A DNA stretch of 48,564 nt from an uncultured Clostridia bacterium (GTDB taxonomy: Bacteria > Bacillota > Clostridia > Christensenellales > UBA1242), in assembly GCA_944383255.1 (NCBI GenBank), contig CALWOY010000035.1:1-48564 (forward strand), written 5' to 3'. Within the stretch, counting starts at the first letter, position 1, and each line of letters begins with the position of its first letter. Positions 20,801 to 29,336 of this stretch are shown here, piece after piece. Both the position numbers and the translations under genes were made by a program. Below the pieces are notes generated by a model that did not search any database, had not been told where the DNA came from, and saw nothing but the letters and a program-made list of their open reading frames with translations.

Positions 20801-23800
20801 TTAAATGTTGAATTAATTACTCAAAATGTTTTTGGTAATTTCAGTGGCCAAATTATACAAACTGAGGACCAACATTATATAATAGAGCTTGATGTTAGTG
20901 AAGTTGCAGAACAAACTAATTTAGCTTTTAGGATTTCATATTATAATTATGGTAGTTCAGATGATACAACTTTTGTTATGGCATCATACTTCAATCTAAC
21001 ATTAAATCCAAACTTTAGGATAATTGTAAATTATCCAACTCCAAATACCAGTACTATAAGTGTGGCAGAATCTTATTGGTTTGATAGAAGCGAAGACGCA
21101 CAAAATACAATTTCATTAAATCAAGAGGCAGATTTAGCAGATGCTACGCGTATTGTTGTAGAAAATTTAAATGATCAAACTTATGAAGATGATATAGTTG
21201 TAAGAGTTGGATTGGGTGCAGAATATGTATATGTAGACAATGCTTTAGTCGGTGACAATTATTATCCACTTAATACAGATTTTGTAATTAGTGAAGATCA
21301 AAATCATAGTATTAATGATAATCTTAGTTTACAGTTTGGATTATATTATCAAATAATAGGCAGTCAAAATATATACATTCCTGTTGGTGTTTATAATGTA
21401 GTTCTATTTAATAATGTTTATGAGATGTTGGGATATAACTTTAATTCTGCAAACTCAACAAATAATTTAAATCAGCCTGAAAATATTTATATTGGAACAA
21501 ATGATGATATTCTTACAAAAATTACTTTAACTTTGACTGTTCCACAAGATGCGGTTCTGACAATAGACAAATATCTTCGCGTGACTCAAATCAATGGGGT
21601 TACTGCAGAGTCATCATATGTACATCTTTCTGATGGCATGCAAGGTGATTCAATTCCTGTATATGTAACTCTTCTTGATTTAACAGTTTCTGACATGAGT
21701 AATTTTGTTTCAAGCGATGAGGGTGTAACTTGGGCTGTATATCAGATGGATGCAGAAGGTCAGTATATACAATCAGCTCTTACTAATAGTGAAGGGCTAT
21801 CTATATTGGACAAAATTGAAGTCGTTTTTGAATCAAGAATACAATTAATGTATCGCACTGTAACTACTTTTGATTCTCAAGGGGGCATGGCGACAGTTAG
21901 TAACCAAAATATAGATTTCTTTAAGGTATATGAACTTTTGAGTGGTACGGGTTGTTCATTACAAGAAGAAGATATTACAGAAGAAAGAGAAATTAGAAAA
22001 GCAATTTCGATTAACAGTAGGAATGGTAACAGTTTAAATGAAGGAATTGAAATAGGGACTTATTACATACTATATGGTTTTGATATTGAATTCGATACCA
22101 CCAATATAGAACTATCTACAGGACAAAATACAAGTATTTTGCATAATGGTACTCGTGGCGATCCAGATATTTCATCTTCTGTAAACTATATGTCTCTTCT
22201 TAATATGAAACGAACTTCAGATAAATCTTATTATACTGCTACTGATTTCTCTTCAGATGGACTACAATTATCTATTGCTGCTGATTCTGTAACAAATACA
22301 GCAACAAATAGTCAATATCAAAATTTAATACATAGTAATACATCATATTTAAGATTCACTCCAGCAATGAACGAAAATGGAGTAATATATGACTTTAACT
22401 TTGTGGCCATGGGTTCACCTCGTGAGACTTCTGTTACAGTTAACTTAGTGCTCACAATAAGTTATGGATCAATAAATAAAGAATTTACATTAACATTTAT
22501 AGTAAGTCATGATTATACAAGCGAAACATTAAGAAATGCAGATGGGACTTTAAATTCAGAAACAAGTAGGAGTATAATTAAAGAAAACTTTGATAGATTT
22601 ATTACTTTTGCTATTTGGGGCAGTCAAACAGTAAATGAAAACTATATATTTATACAACATGAAAATGAAAATCAAAATCAAGCTGGAAATATTGCTTCTA
22701 TGTTCCAAGTTTCATTTATTCAAGGTGGACAGTATGTTACTCAACGTCCAACGAGTAGTGGCAATTATGATTTGGCATTCCGATTTGCTGATATAGCATT
22801 TGGTAATAAAAATGTTGACATAGTGTTAACTGATGAGTTTGGTTATACAATTACATATTATGTAACCATTGTAGCTCGTTATAACGCATTATTTACTACA
22901 AGTTTAATAACTGCATTTGAGCGTGATACAATTGGACTTGTTGATAAAACAAGTCAGCCGGGGAATTATGATCATATCGTTTCAGTTTCTTTTGAGAAGC
23001 GTGAAACTGGTATCCCAGATTTCTTATTAACAGACTTAGATAATTGGGAAGCAATTTTCTCTTATAATAACGCAAGTGGGTCAGTTACAACAATTTCTTA
23101 TCCATTGGTACTAGCTAGTGACCAATTCTATTTTGAAATAGATTTTATTGATTCATTGGAATTTAGCAATAGAGTAATAGCAGGAACATTAACTTTACGT
23201 TCGACATCAAATGAAAATTATGAAGTAGCTGTAGATATACCAATGACAATTCGTGAAAGGTATAGTTTAGTATCAAGTGATACACCGTATGTTAGAGATG
23301 GTGTAGCATTTAGTCTTTTAGATGTTATAGATGTGAAAGACAACAGCCAAAATTATGTGGTTGGTGATAGGAGTATAAAAGATTCATACTCGATTTATTT
23401 AGGTTTTTCAATTAAAGATGATGAAGGTAACGAGCTTTCACTAGATGATGTTTCAAGAGTATTGTCCTTAAGGATAAGGGCTTATGATGTACGAGCAAAT
23501 GAATATTTATTTGCTACAGTTCCATATGATATTGAAAATGGGTATCTCTCAATTGATGAATTATTTGGGTTTGAAGATATATCTAACTATCAGTTCCGAA
23601 TAGAATATTCTATAACAGAATATGAATACAATGATGAACATCTTAGCATTAATAATACTACCACAGATGAAGCATTCTATTATACTAATTCTAATGCTAC
23701 ACAGTCGATTTATAATATTTCTTATGAGACTGGAAATGGATACAAAGATGAATCAAATGTAGTAACTTTTAAGAATTCATTTTATGATGGTTTAGATGGC

Positions 23801-26227
23801 TCTAAATTCCCAGAAACAGGATCAGATGGCAAGCCAATGTGGCCTGAATATACGATTCAGATAACTCAGTGTTATATTATTGAAGATCAAACCCTTACTA
23901 TAGGTTTACGCCAACTTGATAATAATTCGCAACTTACTGTATATTTTGTAAACCAAGAAAACCATTCTGAGATACGTCGAGCAAATATTTCCTCCGACCA
24001 AAATAAATTGGCTACATTCTCGCTTAGTGAATTAAATGTTATTGATACTGCACGTGGAGAGAAAGTATCTCTTTTAACAAATTCTGAAAAGACAATTGTA
24101 GATGGGCTTTCAGTTAGTCAATTGGCAAATCTTAAAGGAGTGCAATTTACAAATAGCGGCAATGATGACTATATAGGCTCTAGTTATAATTTGACAAAAT
24201 ATATTGCACCTGATGCAGAGTTTATTAAAAGCTCAGATGGTTTAAATATTGATTTTGTAAATGATTCCTTGCAAATAGATGTTTCCTATGCATTTGAAGA
24301 TGGAGTAGCTAAGAAACAATATTTAGATTATCAGGCACCAGTTTGGATAACACTAAAGTATATTGATGTCGATTCTACTTTGGCATATGGAGCAGGAACA
24401 CAAAGAAATGCACAATTGCCTGTGGATTATTTGCAAAATGGTATTCCTATTGAAAATTGGGCAGGTACAACATATAGACCATTTGAATTAATTGCTGGTT
24501 ATACGACTGCAACATCATTTGTGGTAAGCGATGATTCAACATTAAGTGGCAATGTTCAAGATTTAGAATTTGCAATTAGGACTATAGAAGGAGATAGCGA
24601 TTATATTCAAATTGATCATGAAACTGGTTTAATAACATTGAGTGACGAATTTGATATTCGAGCCACCTATATTATCGTTGATATTTATGTGAAATATGGG
24701 GTAGCTGGAGGTGCAGGTTCAAGACTCATTGATAGTGTCAGAGTATATTTCTCTCAACCAGAGAACTCAAAACTCACTATTTCATCAAATACATCTCAAT
24801 TGCCAAAGATTGTCAATCAGGATGATCCATCTTCGTTTTATGTTTCAGTTAAAGATATTCTTCAAATGATAAGTATATCTGATGGTAGCAATGTGTGGTC
24901 TGGAGATGAAATATTAAATGTGTTTAGTGTTTCTGTAGGACTTTATAGTGATCTAAGTCAAGGTACTGATGGAAATTATGAATATACATGGATAACAAAT
25001 CCTGGAGGATTTCGTACAATATTATCACTTGATGATTCACCAATTAATGTTATAAGTGGGAATGATTCATTCAATTTAGTTGTACAGTTAGATAGAAATG
25101 CTGTAACTCAGACTCTATCTTTGACAAATATAAAGATGGTAAACAGCAGATATTCGTCAAACAGTATGGTTTCTAGTTCTTTATATGAGTATTATGGTGC
25201 TTTTGAACCAGGTTTAATATTTAATAGTTTGTTACCTAATTTGGCAGTTAGAAATATTTATGGGTATACAGATTATGGTAGTAAGATATTTAATTTAGAT
25301 GGAGGTGTAGATTATTATGAAACTCTGCAAAATTCAAAAAATCTACAATATAGACTAGTTTCAACACGTGGATTAATTACTACTATTGAATATGTCGTCG
25401 GAGAGAATCTAAGTTCATATAACAGTATAATTTATGGGACTATTACAATAAATATTTATTCTGATGCAGATACAATTATAGGTGAAAAAAATGGAATTGT
25501 TCTTAGTCCAGGGGAAAGCACAGGAAACATTATAAATAGCGATTATTTTGATTTTGGTGCAATGCCTGTATATGGTTATATACGAGAAACTGATGAAACT
25601 AGTATGATAACACAATACCATATTTATATAGATAAAGAAGTGATAAATTCAAATCTAACAGAAACAGATAGTATCTATTTATATCGAAATGGTAATAGTG
25701 TTGGGAATGCCACACTTTCAGGAGGTCAGTCGACATTAAATGGATATAGTTTTTCAATAGATAGCAGTGGTATTAAAATGACATTGCCTTCTGGAGAATA
25801 TACTAACTATATAAATGATATCTTTACAATTGTTGCTTTAAATATATCTTCTGAAACATTATTCACATATTCTTTCTTATTTGATAATATACCTTTTAAC
25901 GCAAGTGAAGAGCAGTCTTTATCTACATATTCAACACAATACCAAGACATTTTCACTTTGCTTGCTGATATAAATGGTATAGATGAAGATGATATTTATG
26001 TTAATGTTGCTAATAATAACAATAGTGAATATGTTTCATTGATAAACAATGCAGGGAATTATTCATTAATATTAAATGATATAAGTTCTGAATCTCCAAT
26101 CCCAGATTCAATAGATATAATTATTGAATTTTATATAACAATTTATAATACTTTAGAATCCACACAGCAAAATATAGTGCTATATAGAAATAATTTAAAT
26201 ATTCAAATAAATAGAGCACAAGATTAA
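14807..26227 (+). CDS. giant (3,806 aa) N-terminally membrane-anchored, acidic, Asn/Ile/Thr/Ser/Tyr-rich surface protein
   Basis: Uninterrupted 11.4-kb ORF. The start was set at ATG 14807 (MKFTTFLKVFAISLAVFVGACGIGVGILAIAGYF), with GGAG 8 nt upstream. The ORF-track TTG at 14753 falls at the predicted transcription start. No LPXTG motif and no tandem repeats were visible by eye. Confidence 0.9.
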   Translation: MKFTTFLKVFAISLAVFVGACGIGVGILAIAGYFSTPQIMPQDLAFDQVEYNVDDDFTITISTTTQDVSETTLTLSLQNGNIITTSDGSVRISDGVISIPQTATIGVPFNVYVETTVHDAECNGEEWITGGHSIITATSQNQQIDSISANVNVDVPVYRVELETRVSSQDENSDVFAVGSSVSTNLKFYPARSAYQYSHDGTDGGEVVYKNTYFMAASSTDENITQQGHTNVFTTSRIGTSTIVGYVFASTPIEERVLLGYQGLDEDAKFAAVLARLEQLASDTLDSDRQAYRANKTIDIVEVTVDSMRLDGGMGNVKVDTLFTLYANNSNIAQASSRSSLGIRLYSSLDQSISLQHELNNVAIRFLYRVGNTYYDAVNNENSAYNVVTIPSYGYGETRQVLVNGATFTYYFPVITSSIDEYYWQFAVTSNVDSNNLCIEVRYFGETAENVEPISVNFSTNSVQDNSIYWSTTNQTLTIIDGETPNLNSLDVKTFAVVPNENLYQRRAYFVVESSDISVEDMIVTTGEAVEYQLGSQTVRLYEIEDGIIQPRTTQAYGRTFDVVFMTIQTDYQGNPKLDEQGRYVIQRYSQDSLNAISTLEVYVNKTLYNLTSNIQTVLTNDELIINAETNDIAYVHNTTAPFEVVLGYSLPASAGQSEQTNEQLIFRNAVLNGEIDIIAKIQDTDSETSIIYSTSSSEQNNGNEFVFSMNIGSLPNNVSARRIKLYVVYDNAAFSTPREDAISTYNDGQQFECIEVYDGSAEIFDFNVNLVEDGAYKSDPENRILVTSDIQSENGYINNIQTTYNYRGNEISEFLFESNGQQIDYSALAVVLEDKYGKKPISSEYVFESSNVSILNIANGILTFNGTGDVELYLKDAEGVIQDTLYFTCQQNGYISQVDQLLERYSGSTASKSSVVVYTYSDRAYDFAPISVQLVGYAGSTISLKSTMAGVVNLISYTYTYNDGQALLTQLMNFSLVNEQDASTLDGFVEFGGQFNNLTYLTILKDFGKPYSLQLRVTVAALGISQVITLNIARDLYLSVDSYGNDYEDEPISIVGNVSYQGVYADSLYQVRIQLNYTIGSGSPDFTLDTSKYSLYIYEYDENGQQIGNRTLVTNSDTPSSIAYIASYTSSTDVQIDNGIGIGREDGSKLTYVYNAYIVFKSFNENNGYRRVMLSLEKNDEQNTAIDALGSLYLYINPNIRVKQDVTDLALDIANSQVDDISYYGRAVLLDNSEQSPLMVYRVVDNSGEVQNISFELDYSKIGFKFVNEEDSNRFYIAREGDGFVLYSLANINNSISLKIILTYDGVDVLTNDGKTYEMQFNLSPNITRNPDSTMWVLYKGEYYLKLVNGEQYTFETILQAFSIKSYGIIDVTPNLDIQSTNNIVVQGQSISIQGVNNNIIDSSFAAIYLNNAIDGRGDSITFKILLLPFDIPYVIYPNTTGEYDLFNLLNIDWVITEELYYTLEGAGLEGTDLLIEEDEVITDGVYGIKYVPGMQLTVRNLDSNDKNIYARFEGTNFITEPVGRDTFVIIEARLNLATNSLVIPYLVQIKKVLDIRTYYPYMTTYSQNSNVSGSDLYSDIDNVTFDMEYLEFNQEGNATIDMLEVFDDTIPNSTNSTSRVVIGRNDNGVFTEQENLPSAVLTFTISEVAYYFFRWETAQNVNQYATIGSGIHGNSVININRDGAQYLRVKVLMTTQNGLEAYYYISVGEIPNLNFTQRTDEGVSSPDIQDISLPAGEGKEIELTGRYNLTMSLNSSSSSTTDANHLLSYYVVPSHIEGHYAWVDYESMTLNAEDTTENWNTQFVFYTKFGALDIVNLYILSNYSIELIDENTSLKYNSAFNIYEVDSGNIIDINNTFKVIKDDGQSEFTTFDEININILTPIEDEIISSTEIDGNDILRVGLVTQDTYVDVLIVFIFTDNGEQVTYNLSMRLRINAIFNVGVINDQPITQMNMLPVTGVSAGSINNLDILAQLFNYTGEADFDLWYQNVIDNNLGSLNVELITQNVFGNFSGQIIQTEDQHYIIELDVSEVAEQTNLAFRISYYNYGSSDDTTFVMASYFNLTLNPNFRIIVNYPTPNTSTISVAESYWFDRSEDAQNTISLNQEADLADATRIVVENLNDQTYEDDIVVRVGLGAEYVYVDNALVGDNYYPLNTDFVISEDQNHSINDNLSLQFGLYYQIIGSQNIYIPVGVYNVVLFNNVYEMLGYNFNSANSTNNLNQPENIYIGTNDDILTKITLTLTVPQDAVLTIDKYLRVTQINGVTAESSYVHLSDGMQGDSIPVYVTLLDLTVSDMSNFVSSDEGVTWAVYQMDAEGQYIQSALTNSEGLSILDKIEVVFESRIQLMYRTVTTFDSQGGMATVSNQNIDFFKVYELLSGTGCSLQEEDITEEREIRKAISINSRNGNSLNEGIEIGTYYILYGFDIEFDTTNIELSTGQNTSILHNGTRGDPDISSSVNYMSLLNMKRTSDKSYYTATDFSSDGLQLSIAADSVTNTATNSQYQNLIHSNTSYLRFTPAMNENGVIYDFNFVAMGSPRETSVTVNLVLTISYGSINKEFTLTFIVSHDYTSETLRNADGTLNSETSRSIIKENFDRFITFAIWGSQTVNENYIFIQHENENQNQAGNIASMFQVSFIQGGQYVTQRPTSSGNYDLAFRFADIAFGNKNVDIVLTDEFGYTITYYVTIVARYNALFTTSLITAFERDTIGLVDKTSQPGNYDHIVSVSFEKRETGIPDFLLTDLDNWEAIFSYNNASGSVTTISYPLVLASDQFYFEIDFIDSLEFSNRVIAGTLTLRSTSNENYEVAVDIPMTIRERYSLVSSDTPYVRDGVAFSLLDVIDVKDNSQNYVVGDRSIKDSYSIYLGFSIKDDEGNELSLDDVSRVLSLRIRAYDVRANEYLFATVPYDIENGYLSIDELFGFEDISNYQFRIEYSITEYEYNDEHLSINNTTTDEAFYYTNSNATQSIYNISYETGNGYKDESNVVTFKNSFYDGLDGSKFPETGSDGKPMWPEYTIQITQCYIIEDQTLTIGLRQLDNNSQLTVYFVNQENHSEIRRANISSDQNKLATFSLSELNVIDTARGEKVSLLTNSEKTIVDGLSVSQLANLKGVQFTNSGNDDYIGSSYNLTKYIAPDAEFIKSSDGLNIDFVNDSLQIDVSYAFEDGVAKKQYLDYQAPVWITLKYIDVDSTLAYGAGTQRNAQLPVDYLQNGIPIENWAGTTYRPFELIAGYTTATSFVVSDDSTLSGNVQDLEFAIRTIEGDSDYIQIDHETGLITLSDEFDIRATYIIVDIYVKYGVAGGAGSRLIDSVRVYFSQPENSKLTISSNTSQLPKIVNQDDPSSFYVSVKDILQMISISDGSNVWSGDEILNVFSVSVGLYSDLSQGTDGNYEYTWITNPGGFRTILSLDDSPINVISGNDSFNLVVQLDRNAVTQTLSLTNIKMVNSRYSSNSMVSSSLYEYYGAFEPGLIFNSLLPNLAVRNIYGYTDYGSKIFNLDGGVDYYETLQNSKNLQYRLVSTRGLITTIEYVVGENLSSYNSIIYGTITINIYSDADTIIGEKNGIVLSPGESTGNIINSDYFDFGAMPVYGYIRETDETSMITQYHIYIDKEVINSNLTETDSIYLYRNGNSVGNATLSGGQSTLNGYSFSIDSSGIKMTLPSGEYTNYINDIFTIVALNISSETLFTYSFLFDNIPFNASEEQSLSTYSTQYQDIFTLLADINGIDEDDIYVNVANNNNSEYVSLINNAGNYSLILNDISSESPIPDSIDIIIEFYITIYNTLESTQQNIVLYRNNLNIQINRAQD

Positions 26228-26234
26228 ATAAAAT

Positions 26235-26259
26235 AAGGTGGAATTAATTTCCACCTTTT
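26235..26259 (+). terminator. hairpin after the giant gene
   Basis: AAGGTGGAA (26235-26243) pairs with TTCCACCTT (26249-26257), followed by a short T-run. Confidence 0.6.
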
Positions 26260-26274
26260 AATTAAAGGGAATTT

Positions 26275-27741
26275 ATGCCAGTAGGGACAATTGTTTTAAT
26301 AGTAGGTTATGCTTTAAACTTGCTATTATTGCTTATTATGATATTTGTCGAACGCAAACAGCCACAAAGTGTATTTGGCTGGTTTGCTGTTTTGGCACTT
26401 TTTCCTATTGGTGGTTTTGTACTTTATATACTTTTTGGTGGTGGACTTAGTATACGTACACGAGTATATATAAGGCGAAAAAAGAGATACACACAGGATT
26501 ATTTGCAATTTGTTTCTTGGCAGCGTATAAATTTTGATAAACTTCGTGCCAAAAATGAAAAATATGATTATGCATACAAACTTATTAAATTTGTTAAATC
26601 AAATGATAACAATGTTTTTTCAACTGGAAATAGTGTAAAAGTTTTCACCGATGGGCCATCAAAACTTGAAAGTTTAAAAAATGATTTAAAAAATGCAAAA
26701 AATAATATAAATATAGAATATTATATTTTTGGCGATGACAAAACTGGCAAAGAAATTATGGACATTCTTTGCCAAAAGGCACGAAGTGGTGTCAAAGTTA
26801 AACTTATTTATGATAGCGTTGGTTCTTTAAAATCACCTAGAAGATTTTTTAGAAAGTTAAAAAAAGCAGGTGGTGAGGTTGCGGAGTTTTTTCCACCATT
26901 TATGGGGATTCGTTTGATCAATTTCAAGATAAATTATCGCAATCACCGAAAAATTGTAGTTATTGACGGAAAGATTGCATATACAGGCGGAATAAACTTG
27001 CGCGATGACCATATGGGCAAAAAGAAAAAAGTTTCACCTTGGCGTGACACTCATATACGCGTAGAAGGACCTGTTGTTTGGGATTTGCAAAATATTTTCT
27101 TTAATGATTTTAGGTGTGTAAAAAAAGAACGATTAAACGCCAAACAACTTGTTAAAGAAGGTTATTTTTTGGAAGATTCCTTAAAAGAAAAAGGAAACAT
27201 TGGTGCACAAGTTATCACCAGCGGACCAGAAAGTGACCAAAGATACATAGAAGATGCATATATTCGTATGATTTCTTTTGCTCAAAAGAGAGTATACATT
27301 CAAACGCCTTACTTTATTCCTGACGAGATGTTTTTAAAGTCACTACTTATTGCAAAAAAAACTGGTGTTGATGTTAAGGTTATGATACCAGCAAAACCAG
27401 ATAAACGTACTGTTTATTATGTCACGCTTTCATTTGTCAAAGAACTTTTAGATGCAGGAATAGAAGTGTATTTCTACAACGGATTTTTGCATTCAAAGAC
27501 ACTGCTTGTAGATGATCTTTGTGTTTCAATAGGTACATGCAATGCAGATAACCGCTCTTTTGCACTCAATTTTGAACTTACAACACTTTTGTATGATAAA
27601 GATTTTGTAAATTATAATGCTCAACTATTTGAACAAGATATGAAAAATAGCAAACTTCTCACACTTTCAGATTTCAATCGTAAGTTTTTTGCAAGTAAAC
27701 TTTTCCAGGCAATACTTAGACTTTTCTCACCATTATTATAA
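26275..27741 (+). CDS. cls: cardiolipin synthase
   Basis: Two N-terminal TM helices and two HKD motifs (HRKIVVIDG, HSKTLLVDD). Confidence 0.9.
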   Translation: MPVGTIVLIVGYALNLLLLLIMIFVERKQPQSVFGWFAVLALFPIGGFVLYILFGGGLSIRTRVYIRRKKRYTQDYLQFVSWQRINFDKLRAKNEKYDYAYKLIKFVKSNDNNVFSTGNSVKVFTDGPSKLESLKNDLKNAKNNINIEYYIFGDDKTGKEIMDILCQKARSGVKVKLIYDSVGSLKSPRRFFRKLKKAGGEVAEFFPPFMGIRLINFKINYRNHRKIVVIDGKIAYTGGINLRDDHMGKKKKVSPWRDTHIRVEGPVVWDLQNIFFNDFRCVKKERLNAKQLVKEGYFLEDSLKEKGNIGAQVITSGPESDQRYIEDAYIRMISFAQKRVYIQTPYFIPDEMFLKSLLIAKKTGVDVKVMIPAKPDKRTVYYVTLSFVKELLDAGIEVYFYNGFLHSKTLLVDDLCVSIGTCNADNRSFALNFELTTLLYDKDFVNYNAQLFEQDMKNSKLLTLSDFNRKFFASKLFQAILRLFSPLL

Positions 27742-27743
27742 TA

Positions 27744-27787
27744 AAAAAATACAAGCAATTACCAAAATATCTTGCTTGTATTTTTTT
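27744..27787. terminator. bidirectional terminator serving cls and the converging tRNA-Arg 3-prime half
   Basis: TACAAGCA (27750-27757) pairs with TGCTTGTA (27773-27780). An A-run lies upstream and T7 at 27781-27787. Confidence 0.7.
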
Positions 27788-27805
27788 ATTGTAAAATATT
27801 TATAT

Positions 27806-27849
27806 TGGTGACCCCGCCGGGACTCGAACCCAGAACAAAGCCTTAGGAG
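27806..27849 (-). other. displaced 3-prime half of host tRNA-Arg(CCT); island junction containing the core CCTTAGGAG
   Basis: The minus strand reads CTCCTAA GGCTT TGTT CTGGG TTCGAGT CCCGG CGGGGTC A CCA. No matching 5-prime half lies adjacent. Confidence 0.85.
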
Positions 27850-28230
27850 AAAAAACTCCATCCCGATTTCCCGTCAGATAACTTTCAAAACATGCTCAAA
27901 TATTCAGTTATTTTTAAAATCTGTTGATAGTATAATTCGTTTTAATGCGAAATATCAAACGCATCAAATAACTTATGTTCTTTGAGTATGTTTTTTTGTA
28001 TGCTTTTTTCATTAGCCATTTTACCCTTAACTATAAATCTACCCTAAATGAGTTGAGTTCATGTTGAGTTATATTAACTTGAATATCTAGATATAAGCCT
28101 TCTTCGCTCGCAAGTGAAAAAACGATTTTTCGTTTGGCTCGCTCATTGGTTTATAAAAAACAAAACATCTTTTCAGTTAATTAACTTGAATAAAAAGTAA
28201 AACTTCAGGGTTTAAGTTAAGGAGTTAAAA

Positions 28231-29115
28231 ATGAAATCAAACATAATTAAACCAAATGACTTAGTCAAAGTCAAAAAGATTAACAATCATATTATACTAC
28301 AAAACATAACAAATTGCAATAGAAAAGCAAGTATTAAACGAATTTCTGGAAATAGGCATATCAATCTTTCCACTGGCGAGATAGTTGAAAACAAAAAGAC
28401 ACTCATTCGTGGCGAGAGTATGCGTAGCCTACTTGAAAGCAATTTAAGACTACAAGACCTAATCAAAGAGAACACTATTGACATTCAAAAACTACTTTTA
28501 ATCACGCTGACTTATAGAGAGAAAATACTTGACACGAAGGAAATCAACGAAGATTTTAAGGTGTTCATAAAGTATCTCCGTAAGCACTTCACTGAATACG
28601 GCGAAATTGAGTATATAAACACACTTGAAAAGAAAGATGAAAATTCGGGCTTTCACATACATGCAATACTTTTCTTTAACAAATCTACCCGAAGCGTCTT
28701 TCTGCCCGTTCAAACCCTAAATGACGCGTGGAAAAACGGATATACAAGTGTGGGCAAGCCAAAAGGCAAGCAAGAAGTCTATTTCTATCTTACTCCACAC
28801 CTTTCAAAAGAAGTGAACGAGAAGAACAGCCACATGCACAACAAAGCCCTTATGCAAATGCAACTGCCAGCGGGCGTAAATTTATATCACTATTCAAAAG
28901 GAATAAAGAAACCGACAATCTATACCGATACCTACGAGAATGTAAAGAAATATCTCAAAGAAAACTCGTATATCTATGAAAGCGAACAAGTGTATAAAAA
29001 CCCTATGAAAACGTATCGTGGCAATAATCTTTACTACTGCAAAGAGAAATATATAAAAGTGGAAGAACAGCCGAAAGAACCCGACTCAAAACCACGGAAA
29101 CGGATGCCTATATGA
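28231..29115 (+). CDS. HUH-type rolling-circle replication initiator-like protein
   Basis: HUH-like FHIHAILFF motif with downstream Tyr candidates (YFYLTPH, YHYSKG). AAGGAG RBS. Sits next to repeats and a hairpin that could be an origin. Confidence 0.5.
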   Translation: MKSNIIKPNDLVKVKKINNHIILQNITNCNRKASIKRISGNRHINLSTGEIVENKKTLIRGESMRSLLESNLRLQDLIKENTIDIQKLLLITLTYREKILDTKEINEDFKVFIKYLRKHFTEYGEIEYINTLEKKDENSGFHIHAILFFNKSTRSVFLPVQTLNDAWKNGYTSVGKPKGKQEVYFYLTPHLSKEVNEKNSHMHNKALMQMQLPAGVNLYHYSKGIKKPTIYTDTYENVKKYLKENSYIYESEQVYKNPMKTYRGNNLYYCKEKYIKVEEQPKEPDSKPRKRMPI

Positions 29116-29336
29116 TAACTATAAATAGTCATATAATGTAATCATTATATGGCTATATTATTAACACGATTTAAAGCCCTACAAACTCATAACGCAACCG
29201 CAACGACGCTACCTATTCTCAAAATTTTCCCCTAATGTTTAATTTTTTATATAAAGTTAGAGAAAACATATAAATATGCAAATTATTGATTTTTTTTAAG
29301 AAATGTGTTACAATGTTTACAATAAGGGAGAAAAAT

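Noticed and set aside
15468-25621. Short sense and antisense ORFs inside the giant gene (15468-15662, 15774-15959, 16637-17040, 25415-25621)
   Set aside because: They are embedded in a continuous 11.4-kb coding frame, with no RBS and atypical composition.
28728-28979. 83-aa alternative-frame ORF inside the Rep-like gene
   Set aside because: It lies wholly inside a longer ORF that has an RBS and an HUH motif.
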